Shown here piece by piece: positions 1 through 13,176 of a stretch of DNA of 64,000 bases. Origin of the DNA: Octopus vulgaris (Eukaryota); NCBI GenBank assembly GCA_951406725.2, contig CATOCA020000001.1:3162001-3226000 (forward strand), in the 5' to 3' direction. The first letter of the stretch is position 1; the number at the start of each line of letters is the position of its first letter. Under the pieces are notes generated by a model. The model saw only the letters and a program-made list of their open reading frames with translations. It made no database searches and was not told where the DNA came from. Made by a program: the position numbers and the translations under genes.

Positions 1-1
1 T

Positions 2-68
2 TCCGACACATAGTCGCAAACAATACTGTCTCAAAACTTTCCTATGCTTGAAACAGAATCATTTGATC
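2..68 (+). pseudogene. Degenerate QT-type exon remnant, cut by the window edge
   Basis: Frame 2 reads SDT*SQTILSQNFPMLETESFD. It is followed by atgagtataaaa (the family donor gtgagtataaa with G>A) and by intron sequence similar to that after the exon at 31428-31478. Confidence 0.4.
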
Positions 69-759
69 ATGAGTATAAAATATCATTACCTTATCGATTA
101 CTGTAAATTTTAACTTTACTGAATGACTGACAACATCTTCCAATCCACATTTTGCATTTGAAAAGTTTGCTGCATAATAATTCTATTAAATATATCGATA
201 TTATTGTAATTTCACAAAATATCCGATGTGGTGAGCATGGTTTGTAAAATGGATAACTTCGAAGACAATAGATTTAATATTTTACTTTGGAAGAGAAAAC
301 TAATATTTGTAGTTGTTTCGCGATAAACATTCGTGTTAATGACATTTCTCTTTGTTTTACATTTTATAATATGTTTGCTGATAGATTAATGTTGTTATCT
401 TGGCTGATATTTCTATAAAGATACTTTGAAAAGTATTTCAAGTATAAGCAGTCTGTTTTATTTCACAGATATTTCATTACATACGCTAAACATTGCCCTT
501 ATCCAACTTACTTCTGTGATAGTTGTTGTCTATATCTCTTACTTCAAAACAGATACTGGTTGAAAGATACTATACAATAATTGACAATCTCTTCATCCTT
601 CATCGTCTGATTACCATGCTCCCACCTCTTGATCGGATAGCAGACACATCTCAGTTAACCATTCTAGGTTTTATATGAGAGTATAATTTCCTAAAACAAA
701 CCATTTGATAAAGTGTCCTAAGTGCATTTTATTGTGGTACAAGCAAAAGAAACGCTGAT

Positions 760-1620
760 GTCTTTCTAATAAAACCTCAAAGAAAGTCAGGAATTAAACT
801 TTTAGCTGAGAGTTTGCAGCAAGAAGGGAGGAAAGAGCAAAAACTGCATTATATAAGCATTATATAATAGTAAGGGGTTGTGGTATAAAATTGAAGGGAT
901 TTATGACTGATATAAGGCAGGAAGAGTTCACTTATGAAAGGAATCTGAATCACAATTAATTGGCCAATTGAAATTAGTTTCAATCCTTAATGACAAGCTT
1001 TACGTGGATGTACATGCTAAGAGATCACCTATACACCTACAAAATAATTGATATGTGATGGAAAGTGTGCAGATGACTGGAATCCGCTGACTTTCTTGGT
1101 TTGTAGGACATGAAAATGTCAAACTTGGATCAACACAAAAAGAAGAATTGAAGTAATTTGAATGTTGTATGGCTTGATCGCTCTAAAGCATATGGTTGTG
1201 TACCATGCAAATTATTGATGAAATCAATAAACTTTTTTTACACACTGGGGAAAATTTAAGATCTGATGATGAGCTGTTATAACAATTTCAAAAGGCAGTT
1301 CATTACAAACCATTTTACAGAGACTGTCATCGATATTGGAGCAGGGTGCACAATATTAATCCTTCAGTTTGGAGATATTACTTAGATCAGTTGTCTCCTC
1401 AAAAGAAATGACCCAAGTGAAAGCACCAGACAAGACATTCATGGATGACATAAAAATACTATGTTGAGACCAAAATGTTATGCAAATATTTCTGGATAGC
1501 CGGGTGGACTGATTACTTTGTCAAGAATTTGACTTAGAGCAAATAAATAATACAATCTGTTACTTGTGGAAGATCAGCAGAACAGAGTGAAGTTCAAAGT
1601 AGCTGGAGAAACTATGATTG
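760..1620 (+). mobile_element. Degenerate HERO-like (RLE non-LTR) reverse transcriptase fragment
   Basis: Broken frames give LNVVWLDRSKAYGCVP..., IDIGAGCTI..., TFMDDI and KFKVAGETM, matching the WLDLANAYGSVPH / GCTIS / FMDD pattern of HERO RTs. Confidence 0.6.
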
Positions 1621-1989
1621 ATTGATTGATTGATTCTAGTTTCAGCTCATGAGCAGTGGCCATGCTGAGGCACCGCATACATGCATACATTCAGGGAAAA
1701 ACTTATAAAAGTTTCAGACAGTGTTGCGCTGCCTCTTTGTCCAATAATTGTAAGGGCATTAAGATGAAAACGAAAACATGGGAATGGGTTAAAAGAATGA
1801 GAGTATTCGAAACTTCTTGGCAAACGTAAGATTCAATGCTTCCAGTTTGATCTATATTTGCGTCATGCTTATATATGCTTAATTGTCAGTTATTGTGTAT
1901 CATTTCGGATATGTTTATGCAATAGTATGTAGATGACCAGTTAAATGTAGTTAATAAGGTTTTGTGCAAGTGTACAATGTTTCAGGATA

Positions 1990-2770
1990 CCTGCTGTCGC
2001 GGTGTCAGATTGTTTGGAGTTAGTCCAGCAATTAGAAATTGGTGTGCAGTAATTAATTGATTTATCTAAAATAGTAAAAAGTCGTTTCTGTTTTGTTTAT
2101 TCGATTGTTATTTACTTAATTCTTTGATAAAGTTGGTGCTGAGCGGGATTATCTCAATATTTTATGTCTATTATGTGTCAGAGAGAGAATTCTTACCACA
2201 TGTAGTTTAATTTCTACTCAGCCCTTTAATAGATCTATAACCAGAGGTAGCTGGTCATAGCCTCAGTGAAAAATACAGATCTAACCCGTCAGATATTCTA
2301 TTCTTTCATTTTGTTAATCATCACACAAGGAACTGCTAAAATGCCTCGTTTTGTTGTGTACGGCGGATTGTGGTAGCAGTCAGGGTAGAATATGATATCT
2401 CTCCACCGTGCAGTTTGTAATTGTACATCTGAACTCCTACTAGTGTTAACGACTTTGGTAATGGTCAAATTAAACATTGCAAGATAATCACGGATTTCTC
2501 TCTATAGTACTAAGCTCCACTGGTGTATATCAGTGTTTTCAGCTCGCGGGACGACTGGTGCAGCTATCTCTGTGTTTATCGACAATTAATGGGACGGAAG
2601 CGTTTTGGAAATGGTGTTGTAGGAACTGTGTGCAATATTTTAGTTAAATTAGGAAGATTTGAGTTGTTATATCACGAATTATGTCGGATGTTGCTGTTAA
2701 AAAATATTATCTCTTCATATCTTTTAACAATGTTTTAAACTTTTATTTTTGCTGTTGTCTTTTCTTAGAT
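1990..2770 (+). repeat. Diverged paralog of the intron end at ~33800-34681
   Basis: Shared collinear blocks cagatctaacccgtca, ggtagcagtc, ctggtgtatatcagtgttttcagct and gttaaatt.g.aagatttga; both copies end in a pyrimidine tract and AG. Confidence 0.75.
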
Positions 2771-3059
2771 ACAACATTGAATTTATCGTTCCATCCACTA
2801 AGCATTGTCTTTATCAAAGTAATGACTTTGGTTTGCTGCTGAGAAAACCATTGTCTCTTTCTCTTTCAAGATAAATACTAACTGCATTATACAATACAAT
2901 CGAATACATCCTCATCATTTATCGTCTGATTTTCTTTTTAAAATGTATTTGATGGGCGGTCTCTACCCAAGACACTTCCTATTCTGAGATACTACCTACC
3001 TGTATTGGTTGAGGAACATATGTCTCTCAAAGATACCCGCTTTTCTACCGATTGACTCT

Positions 3060-3400
3060 CAGGTTCAAGATCTGAAGCTCATTTCTCAACAATTCCTCCC
3101 AGTTTTCTTGAGGTTCTCTCCACATTTACAGATCGGTGCTCTTTATACAGATGATCTTATTCATACATATCACATGGTCATACTAGCACAGTCGTCTGTC
3201 TTGCGTACTATATACATGTGATAACTCTCGATTTTTATCTTAAAACATGTCAGCATTTTATACCTGCACACTGACAGTGACCATCCAGTGGAGCATGCTG
3301 GTTCCATTTTGTTCAAGCCTTGACACGTCCTCTGTGTTCACTACATACATTTCACTACTATGTAGCATACACAGCTGTTCATACACAGGCTGCCCATTGG
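3060..3400 (-). mobile_element. Degenerate RTE-type LINE 3' fragment
   Basis: The reverse complement aligns by eye with 42360-42700 (…gaacagctg…aggcttgaa…agcatgctccactggatg…gactgtgctagtatgaccatgt). Confidence 0.65.
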
Positions 3401-3498
3401 TGATCAGAAACTCCCACAATAATAAAATATATATTATTAATATCTAGATTTAAAATATTTTATAATAAAATTTAAAAACCTTCAAATATTTATTTCAG

Positions 3499-3570
3499 GG
3501 TTTCCCAAGTCTCAGAACAAGCAAGTCCAGACAGTGGCATTTACTTCAAAAGATGCATCACAGCAAGTTG
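3499..3570 (+). CDS. 72-bp phase 1-1 exon of the + strand gene: (G)FPKSQNKQVQTVAFTSKDASQQV
   Basis: Acceptor tatttatttcag, donor G|gtgagt, open frame; same splice context as the 51-bp exons downstream. Confidence 0.75.
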
Positions 3571-4252
3571 GTGAGTATAAAATATCTAATTGAATTCTAT
3601 CAATTTTACCTTCACCTGAGGCATTCATGGATTACTTAATATTACTAAGGAGAGATCAGAAGGATATGCAAATAATCGTAACATAACAAAAGGAAAAGTC
3701 GCAATTGGTATAAAATTGCATCAATGATTTGAACTAGAATAAGTGGTTTCACATGAATGGGAATTAAATTAAAAATAAAATTAGCGAGCAGAAATGGAAT
3801 AGTCCAGATGGATAGTAAAAAGTTAAATTAAAGAAAAGACTATTGTCTATAAAGTATAAAATGCAGAGAAATAAGAAGAGCTAAAAATTCCAGTCTGTTA
3901 TATATTTTGAGTATTGTTATCACTAGCGATATCAAGATATAACTTTGTATTTTGAATTTTATGTGTAGATGTATATTTATAGATGTAAATGTAATATGTA
4001 CACAAATATATACACATATATACATGCACTAGCACTATGACACGGCAACGATGGGTCTTTAATGCTAGTGCAAAATAAATTTGGCGCTTCCAGTTTGATT
4101 TATGTCTCTGTCTTGCTTATATATTCTTGAAAGTCAGTACTATTCCAAATATAATTCCTTTGCTGTAATAAGTAAATGAACGTTCATATATATATATATA
4201 CATATATGATACATAAACATGTATATATATATATATATATAAATATATACAC

Positions 4253-4318
<66 letters not shown>

Positions 4319-5175
4319 ACATACATCTATATCTACATACATATACATATATACATTCACACACACATAAATATGTGTGTGTGTGTGCGTGTGTGCGTGT
4401 GTGCGTGTGTGCGTGTGTGTATGTGCTTGTGTGTTTGTGTGTGTACAGATAATGAGTTTCTATACAAGAGTACAGTGTTTTGGGATACCTGATATCATTT
4501 TCTGCTCCACTTGCTTAGGACAAACATTGTTCACCTGAAATTAGCTGCTTATTAAGGAGGATTAATGACATTGAAATATCTTCAAATGTTTCCAGAATCA
4601 TATCCTATTCTGATGAATTGGGATGTGGGGATTTAAGATTAAAGATTACCAGCAGCAACCTTTTAAAAAGAGAGCAGGTGTATATTAATCCTACTTGATG
4701 TATTGTGACATGCGTTTATGGTTAGATGTTTGGAGACCAGCTTCATTGACATCAGAATTAGAAGAGGAGAAGAATGTTGATTAGAGAAATCTGCAGGTGA
4801 TAAGATAATGCCAAATCATTGATAGGGCTCCGACTGATGAAAAGGGCAAATTAATCTAGGTGATTATCAGTGTTTTCAAATGAAAATTAAAGAAGGTAAT
4901 GATTAGATTATATAGATGTCTTAATAGGGTTATTGTTAGATTATGTAGGATGCCATAATTGGGATATATAGGAAGGTGAGTCTATTTAGTTGTGGACCTG
5001 GATATTGAGCTATTACATGGTATTACTGTAGAAAGTATGAAAATGTTGACCCGAGCAGTACTGGTCACCAGCTGACCAGCAACGACAGGAATACCTAACA
5101 AGAATAAAATTTTGATTATTAAGAAATATAAAGATGTTTTTCTATGAAGTGTAAAATTTAGAATATTTATTTCAG

Positions 5176-5226
5176 AGACGCCAGCACTTGTTGACAATGA
5201 AGTTCAAACAGAAGTAGGACCAGTTG
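5176..5226 (+). CDS. 51-bp microexon copy 1: ETPALVDNEVQTEVGPV
   Basis: ttcag|AG ACG CCA ... CCA GTT G|gtgagt; symmetric phase 1, no stop. Confidence 0.8.
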
Positions 5227-5567
5227 GTGAGTATAAATCAATATTACCTTTTTGACTTCTATCAAGTTTGCCATTACCTCATCTACTTTATTAAGGAGGA
5301 TACGTGAGAAGTAAATGAGATACGTAAGATGTCTTAATTGAGAGCGGAGATTTAGGAATGCCAATCAATTTTGTGGAGGGCATCAATAATGGGCCCACTA
5401 TCCGAAGTAGAGATGAGTAGCATATTGGAACCTGCATTAAGGAAATATAGGAAAATAATCCCTAAAATTTGGTTCATAATTTCCCCCCTGGCGTACAGCA
5501 TGCTTCTAAAACCCCAAGATTCCGTGTTTGATTTCAGGCAGTGACGTGATTAATAATGATGATAATG

Positions 5568-5648
<81 letters not shown>

Positions 5649-5700
5649 GTAATAATAATAATAACAACAACATCGAAAAATACCTTAGGAATTTCCCCAA

Positions 5701-5745
5701 AGCACCTGATGAAGGCTGCAGGTATAACAGCCGAAACGTTGTGCT
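5701..5745 (+). ncRNA. Minimal type I hammerhead ribozyme motif (Penelope-type), unit 1
   Basis: AGCAC-CTGATGA-A-GGCTG..CAGCC-GAAAC-GTT-GTGCT: stem I AGCAC/GTGCT, stem II GGCTG/CAGCC, palindromic AACGTT in place of stem III, GUU site. Confidence 0.75.
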
Positions 5746-5799
5746 AACAACAAACAAGATCAGGCCAAATATGTAAATAAGGTAAATAGTTTTAGATAG

Positions 5800-6640
5800 C
5801 AGTTTCTAAAGGACCATTCTAATGGTACTAGAATGGTGTTTGTTGATGCCATGTGTCGCAGGCTATAAGGCATGGAAAATTATGGGAATATACAAGAGAT
5901 GTACAGTGACCTAAAGCGAAATCAACCATTCCCAGCCATGGACAGTTTGAAATGCCGAATGAAACGAAGAATCAAAATATTTCAGCTTAGTGATTTCATG
6001 AAGAAAGAGGAAGAAAGAAGTTGAGAGTTGTGTGAAGAAAGTAAGAGTTTAGAGTGCAACACGAGGTGATGCTGTACCACAGAACGTATAGAAACGTTGT
6101 ACTCAGTTATGTTATAAGCATAACCTGGAAGAAGAGATTTGGGGTATAAAGGTGAACCGATTGATGACCTGTACATACAAGAAAGTGTTTACTTACCAAA
6201 GCCAGCGGCAGCAGGACAATTTCAATAGAGAATGGTAAGATGTACATGGGCTTAGAGATCAGCTACATATCTATAAAAGAATGGCTATCTGAGTAAATGT
6301 GTCCGGAGGACTGGAATCACCGGACCTCCAGCGTGTGCGCAACAAGCATTTTCAATCTGGAATTAATACAAGAGGGAAAGGAGAATATAATTGAGTTGAT
6401 TGTTGTATGGCCTGATGTGGCTAATGCTTATTGTTCGATACCATAGAAATGGTTGATGGAAGCAATGAACGATTAATAGGAGATTAAAGATCTGATTAGG
6501 AGCTGCTATAATGATTTCACAATGCGGTTCATCACAGAAAATGTTACAACACACTGGCATCGTGTTAAGACAGGAATTTGAATAGCCGGAGGTTGACAAT
6601 ATGAGCCATTTGGTTTGAGATGGTTATGAGGATGTTACTT
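5800..6640 (-). mobile_element. Highly degenerate LINE-like relic (possibly CR1/L2), present in each duplicated unit
   Basis: Only weak motif resemblance on the - strand and no intact frame. Confidence 0.25.
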
Positions 6641-6669
6641 ATATCAGCAGAAAGGGCTCAAGTGAATTA

Positions 6670-6945
6670 CAACAAGAAGGCATTCATGGATTACTTAATA
6701 ATACTAAGGAGAGATCAGAAGGATATGCAAATAATTCTGATTAGACTGGATTAACTCATCATTTGGGGCAAAAGTGTGGTTTAAATCGAATAAGTAGTGC
6801 TGTGTATCGTTTGTAAATGATCAGCAGAAACAAGTGAAGTTACAAATAGCAGGAGAAATCATGCCAAAAGCTTGAAGACAATGGTACGGTAGCTTGCTGA
6901 GAGACACGTCTTGAGGTAATAGGATCAAGGCACAAACTGTGATGC
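6670..6945 (+). mobile_element. HERO-like RT fragment (one per unit; also ~15560, ~21680, ~28145)
   Basis: AFMDYLIIL...QIIL.RLD.LIIW...QIAGEIMP; nucleotide similarity to 1435-1620. Confidence 0.55.
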
Positions 6946-6955
6946 ATACATATAT

Positions 6956-7693
6956 AAACTTTATAAATTTAAAACTGAGAATGTGTGTCTGTCTGTCTGC
7001 CTGTCTGTGTGTTTCCCTAAAACTTGAGAACTACACAACCAATTTCATTCAAATTTTACATATGCCTTACTTAAGGTACGGGGAGTGTCATGGGCCAACG
7101 AAAATGTTCAACTTCTTGTCTAGAGCGAGCCCATAGCAATATCATATCTTCTCCACTATTTCAGTATTACGTGTTAAAAGTGAAACAAAAATAATTCTCT
7201 ATTTTATGTCAGATGCTTTCATTTTAACAATAAAAATAATAATAACAATTGAATTATATGTAGTAAGTAATAATTAAAATCAAACTAAATTATAATATAA
7301 TCGTAACATAACAAAAGGAAAAGTCGCAATTGGTATAAAATGGCATCAATGATTTGAACTTGAATAAGTGGTTTCACATGAATGGGAATTAAATTAAAAA
7401 TAAAATTAGCGAGCAGAAATGGAATAGTCCAGATGGTTAGTAAAAAGTTAAATTAAAGAAAAGACTATTGTCTATAAAGTATAAAATGCAGAGAAATAAG
7501 AAGAGCTAAAAATTCCAGTCTGTTATATATTTTTAGTATTGTTATCACTAGCGATATCAAGATATAACTTTGTATTTTGCATTTTATGTGTAGATGTATA
7601 TTTATAGATGTAAATGTAATATGTACACAAATATATACACATATATACATGCACTAGCACTACGACACGGCAACGATGGGTCTTTAATGCTAG
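6956..7693 (+). mobile_element. Non-autonomous Helitron-like element (copies at 15856-16587, ~21974-22700, 28436-29162; partial ~3673-4068)
   Basis: 5' TC-TTTATATAT start seen in two copies, (TGTC)n near the 5' end, and a 3' end ...ggcaacgatggg...tgCTAG followed by T, similar to the elements at 40034 and 61017. Confidence 0.55.
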
Positions 7694-7851
7694 TGCAAAA
7701 TAAATTTGGCGCTTCCAGTTTGATTTATGTATCTGTCTTGCTTATATATTCTTGAAAGTCAGTACTATTCCAAATATAATTCCTTTGCTGTAATAAGTAA
7801 ATGAACGTTCATATATATATATATATATATATACATATATGATACATAAAC

Positions 7852-7903
<52 letters not shown>

Positions 7904-7914
7904 TATATAGAAGG

Positions 7915-7965
7915 AGCTTCTACAGGACTAGAACTGTTTCATTCAAAAGAAATCATCAGGAAGCT
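7915..7965 (-). ncRNA. Type I hammerhead ribozyme in PLE pseudo-LTR
   Basis: Reverse complement AGCTTC-CTGATGA-TTTCTTTTGAAT-GAAACAG-TTCTAGTC-CTGTA-GAAGCT: stem I 6 bp, stem III ACAG/CTGT, GUA site. Confidence 0.8.
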
Positions 7966-8774
7966 AGTAGACAAGAGTTGTTTTGGCATTTATACATTTA
8001 GGCAGGTTTAAATGGGTGGTGGTGGGGGACTTTTTTGGGGGTAGGCATGGCGAAAAACTGTCATTATTAGGGGAGTGGTCAAAGGAATCGGTGGTAAAGT
8101 AGATAAAGGAATAAATAAAAAAATAAATAGAAAAATAGAGTTTTAGGTAAGTAAGGAGACTCTCACTTGTACATCTACATATATATATACACATACATAT
8201 ATATATACACATACATACACATACATATACATATATATATACATATATATACATATATATATACACATACCCATGAACGTACACACAGATACACATATAC
8301 ATACATATACATACATATATGTATACTCACTCGCACCTATACAAATGCATATACATGCACACGCATACACACACATTTTTATTCTCTTATTTTATTTTTA
8401 TTATTACTACTTTTGTTTATATCTTTATTTTTATCTTGACCGAGGTCAGCCGGTCTCAAGGGATGAACTAAAGATTCCGTTTATCTATCTACTTACTGAT
8501 ACGAACGCAAGCACTCACTCACGCCCACACACTCACACGTACACACATACACATACGCAATGCACGTGTTTTATTCATACACGCATACATCTACATACAT
8601 TCACGTATATTCACATACACGCATACACATACATACCTCAACACACCCACAGAAGACTAGTCCATACATATACACTAATTAATATATATACACATATACA
8701 TATACACATACATACACATACATACATATACATACACATATACATATATATATATACATTTATTTTATAGAAGG

Positions 8775-8825
8775 AGCTTCTACGGGACTAGAGCTGTTTC
8801 ATTCAAACGAAATCATCAGGAAGCT
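8775..8825 (-). ncRNA. Type I hammerhead ribozyme, second pLTR copy
   Basis: Same as 7915-7965 with one stem III mismatch. Confidence 0.7.
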
Positions 8826-9614
8826 AGTAGACAAGAGTTGTTTTGGCATTTATACATTTAGGCAGGTTTAAATGGGTGGTGGTGGTGGACTTTTTTGGGG
8901 GTAGGCATGGCGCAAAACTGTCATTATTAGGGGAGTGGTCAAAGGAATCGGTGGTAAAGTAGATAAAAGAATAAATAAAAGAATAAAAAAAAGAATAAAA
9001 AAATAAAAAATATAAATAGAAAAATAGAGTTTTAGGTAAGTGGGGAGACTCTCACTTGTACATCTACATATATATATATATATACACATATACACACCCG
9101 CATATTCACATATATCTATACATATACATACATACCCACATATACATACATATATATACATACGTACACATACATATACATATATATATACATATATATA
9201 CATATATATACACATACCCATGTACGTACACACAGATACACATATACATGCATATATGTATACCCACTCGCACATATATATATACAAATGCATATACATG
9301 CACACACATACACACACATTTTTATCCTCTTATTTTAATTTTATTAACTACTTTTGTTTATATCTTTATTTTTATCTTGACCGGTCAGCCTGTCTCAAGG
9401 GATATCTAAAGATTCCGTTTGTCTATCTACTTACTGATACGAACGCAAGCACTCACTCACGCCCACACACTCACACGTACACACACGCACGAGTTATATT
9501 CATACACGCCTACACATACATACCTCAACACACCCACAGAAGACTAGTAAATACATATACACTAATTAATATATATACACATATACATATACACATATAT
9601 ACACATACATACAT

Positions 9615-9677
<63 letters not shown>

Positions 9678-9726
9678 TATTCATATACATATACATACAC
9701 ATATACATTCATACATATATACACAT

Positions 9727-10030
9727 ATGACGTCAAACAGCTTTAAGACCCGTTGGTACGCCCACACACACTCGTTCCGGCGACCTGATAAATCCAACCA
9801 AACTACCCTCGCCGCCCACATCTGGTACCTTAAAAGGAACTCCATCCCCTTCAAGACCAAGTGGAGACTACTACAGAAGGCCCGTTCGTACGCAGGAGGC
9901 CATACCTGCTGTGACCTTTGTATTTCCGAGAGCCTAGAGATCTTGTTCGCCAAAGGCCATCTCCTCAACAAGATCTCAGAACACTCCCCAATTTGCATGC
10001 ATAAAATTTATGCAAACTACAAGAACTATA
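9727..10030 (+). pseudogene. C-terminal part of the Penelope-like GIY-YIG endonuclease
   Basis: [17 protein letters not shown]...TTLAAHIWYLK...CDLCISESLEIL...LLNKISE...CMH, the F-K-x-R..H / CDLC..E / LLN..E pattern. Confidence 0.8.
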
Positions 10031-10293
10031 GACCCACCCGCAACCCGATTGACGACACCCCACCCACAAAAAAACCCAACCCCTCCGTTCCCCCAGCACC
10101 CCCGATTAACTTTCCTCCTAAGACTACTCACAGATTGTATATGTACACCTGTATATATGTATTGTATATATGTATAGAAATGAATAGGTGTTAGTAGGAA
10201 TATACGCATGTATGTGAGTGCGTGTATATGTATGTGTATATGTATGTACTTGTGTATGTGTGTATGTGTGTGGTTTTTTATATCTTATTTGTT

Positions 10294-10324
<31 letters not shown>

Positions 10325-10487
10325 GTACATATATATGTGTGTGTATATATATGTATGTATGTGTATGTGTATGTATGTGTATGTATGTATGTGTATGTAT
10401 ATATGTGTATATATATGTGTGTATGTAAGTGTATGTATGTGTGTATGTGTATATATATATGTATATGTGTATATGTGAATATATATG

Positions 10488-10520
<33 letters not shown>

Positions 10521-11072
10521 GTGTACGCTCGTGTGTTTATGTATATGTAAGTATGTAGAGTTGTGTGTATGTGTATGTATGTATATATACATATGTGTAG
10601 ATGGGTATATACGTGTATGCCTCTATGTATGTTTCCGTCTGTGCAGAGTGTAATTGCATGTGTATATATATATCTATTGTTTATTATTCATTATTTATTA
10701 CTTGAGTATGCGTTTGTATGCATGTATGTATTTATGTATATAAGGAGGCGCGTGAGTGTGTGTATGTGTATGCATTTGTATAAACATATGTATACATTTA
10801 TGCATGTATGTGCTTGTGTGTATATATATGTATATATATGTATGTATATATACACACATATATATATGTGTATATGTATGTGTGTATGTGTATGTGTATA
10901 TATATATATATATGTAATGTATATATAGATATAGAGATATATATATGTATATGTATATATATGTGTATGTATGTGTATGTATGTGTGTGTGTGTGTATGT
11001 ATGTATGTATATGTATGTATGTATGTGTATGTGTGTGTATGTATGTGTATGTATGTGTATATATGTGTGTGC

Positions 11073-11116
<44 letters not shown>

Positions 11117-11743
11117 ATATATGTGTGTTTATATATATATATATGTGTACGCTCGTGTGTTTATGTATATGTAAGTATGTAGAGTTATGTGTATGTGCAT
11201 GTATGTATGTATATATACATATGTGTAGATAGGTATATACGTGTATGCTTATATATATGTTTCCGTCTGTACAGAGGGCAACTGCATGTGTATATATATA
11301 TCTATTATTTATTATTCATTATTTATTACTTGAGTATGCCTTTGTATGCATGTATGTATTTATGTATATAAGGAGGCGCGTGAGTGTGTGTATGTGTATG
11401 CATTTGTATAAATATATGTATACATTTATGCATGTAGGTGCTTGTGTGTATGTATGTGTATATATGTGTATATATGTATATGTGTGTATGTGTATATATG
11501 CACATGTGCATGTGTATATGTATATATATATGTATGTATATGTATATGTATATATATGTGTATGTGTATGTGTGTGTATGTGTATGTGTGTATACATATA
11601 TGTGTAAAAATGTGTGTGTAAATGTATATATATATATGTATATATGTGTGTGTATGTGTATGTGTATATGTGTATGTGTATATGGATATGTATATATGTA
11701 TGTGTGTGTATATGTGTATGTATGTATATATGTATATATGTAG

Positions 11744-11791
<48 letters not shown>

Positions 11792-11931
11792 GCTTGTGTG
11801 TTTATGTATATGTAGGTATGTAGAGTTATGAGTGTATGTATGTATGTGTATATACATATGTGTAAATAGGTATATATGGGTATGTTTATATGTAGGTATC
11901 CGTTTGTATAATGGGTAACTGCACGTATATA

Positions 11932-11966
<35 letters not shown>

Positions 11967-12204
11967 TGAGTATGCATGTATGTATATATGTGTATGCTTG
12001 TATGCATGTATGTTTTTATGAACATATGGAGGCGCGTGTGTGTGTGGATGTGTATGCATATGTATAGACATATGTATACATTTATGCATGTATGTACTTA
12101 TGTGTATATATAGATGCGCGCACGTGTCTGTGTGTATGTGTACGCATGTATGTATGTATGTGTATGTATATATATATATATATATTTTTTCAAAAAGCTT
12201 CCCG

Positions 12205-12250
<46 letters not shown>

Positions 12251-13125
12251 ATGTGTATATGTGTATATATGTATGAATGTATATGTGTATGTATATGTAT
12301 GTATGTGTATGTATGTGTATATGTATATGTGTATATATATTAATTAGTGTATATGTATGGACTAGTCTTCTGTGGGTGTGTTGAGGTATGTATGTGTATG
12401 CGTGTATGTGAATATACGTGAATGTATGTAGATGTATGCGTGTATGAATAAAACACGTGCATTGCGTATGTGTATGTGTGTACGTGTGAGTGTGTGGGCG
12501 TGAGTGAGTGCTTGCGTTCGTATAAGTAAGTAGATAGATAAACGGAATCTTTAGTTCATCCCTTGAGACCGGCTGACCTCGGTCAAGATAAAAATAAAGA
12601 TATAAACAAAAGTAGTAATAATAAAAATAAAATAAGAGAATAAAAATGTGTGTGTATGCGTGTGCATGTATATGCATTTGTATAGGTGCGAGTGAGTATA
12701 CATATATGTATGTATATGTATGTATATGTGTATCTGTGTGTACGTTCATGGGTATGTGTATATATATATGTATATATGTATATATATATGTATATGTATA
12801 TGTATGTGTATATATATATGTATGTATATGTGGGTATGTATGTATATGTATAGATATATGTGAATATGTGGGTGTATATATGTGTATATATATGTAGATG
12901 TACATGTGAGAGTCTCCTTACTTACCTAAAACTCTATTTTTCTATTTATTTTTTTATTCTTTTATTTGATTTTTATTTATTCCTTTATCTACTTTACCAC
13001 CGATTCCTTTGACCACTCCCCTAATAATGACAGTTTTGCGCAATGCCTACCCCCAAAAAAGTCCCCCACCACCACCCATTTAAACCTGCCTAAATGTATA
13101 AATGCCAAAACAACTCTTGTCTACT

Positions 13126-13176
13126 AGCTTCCTGATGATTTCTTTTGAATGAAACAGTTCTAGTCTTGTAGAAGCT
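13126..13176 (+). ncRNA. Type I hammerhead ribozyme in the 3' pLTR
   Basis: AGCTTC-CTGATGA-TTTCTTTTGAAT-GAAACAG-TTCTAGTC-TTGTA-GAAGCT. Confidence 0.8.

Noticed and set aside
4834-4860. CTGATGA in each unit as another hammerhead
   Set aside because: No stem II followed by GAAA and no NUH/stem I partner.
5167-6599. Recurrent - strand ORFs (MAFLNLRSQ..., MYRSSIGSP..., MSTSGYSNS...) as a conserved gene family
   Set aside because: They recur only because of the recent tandem duplication; one is merely antisense to the real microexon.
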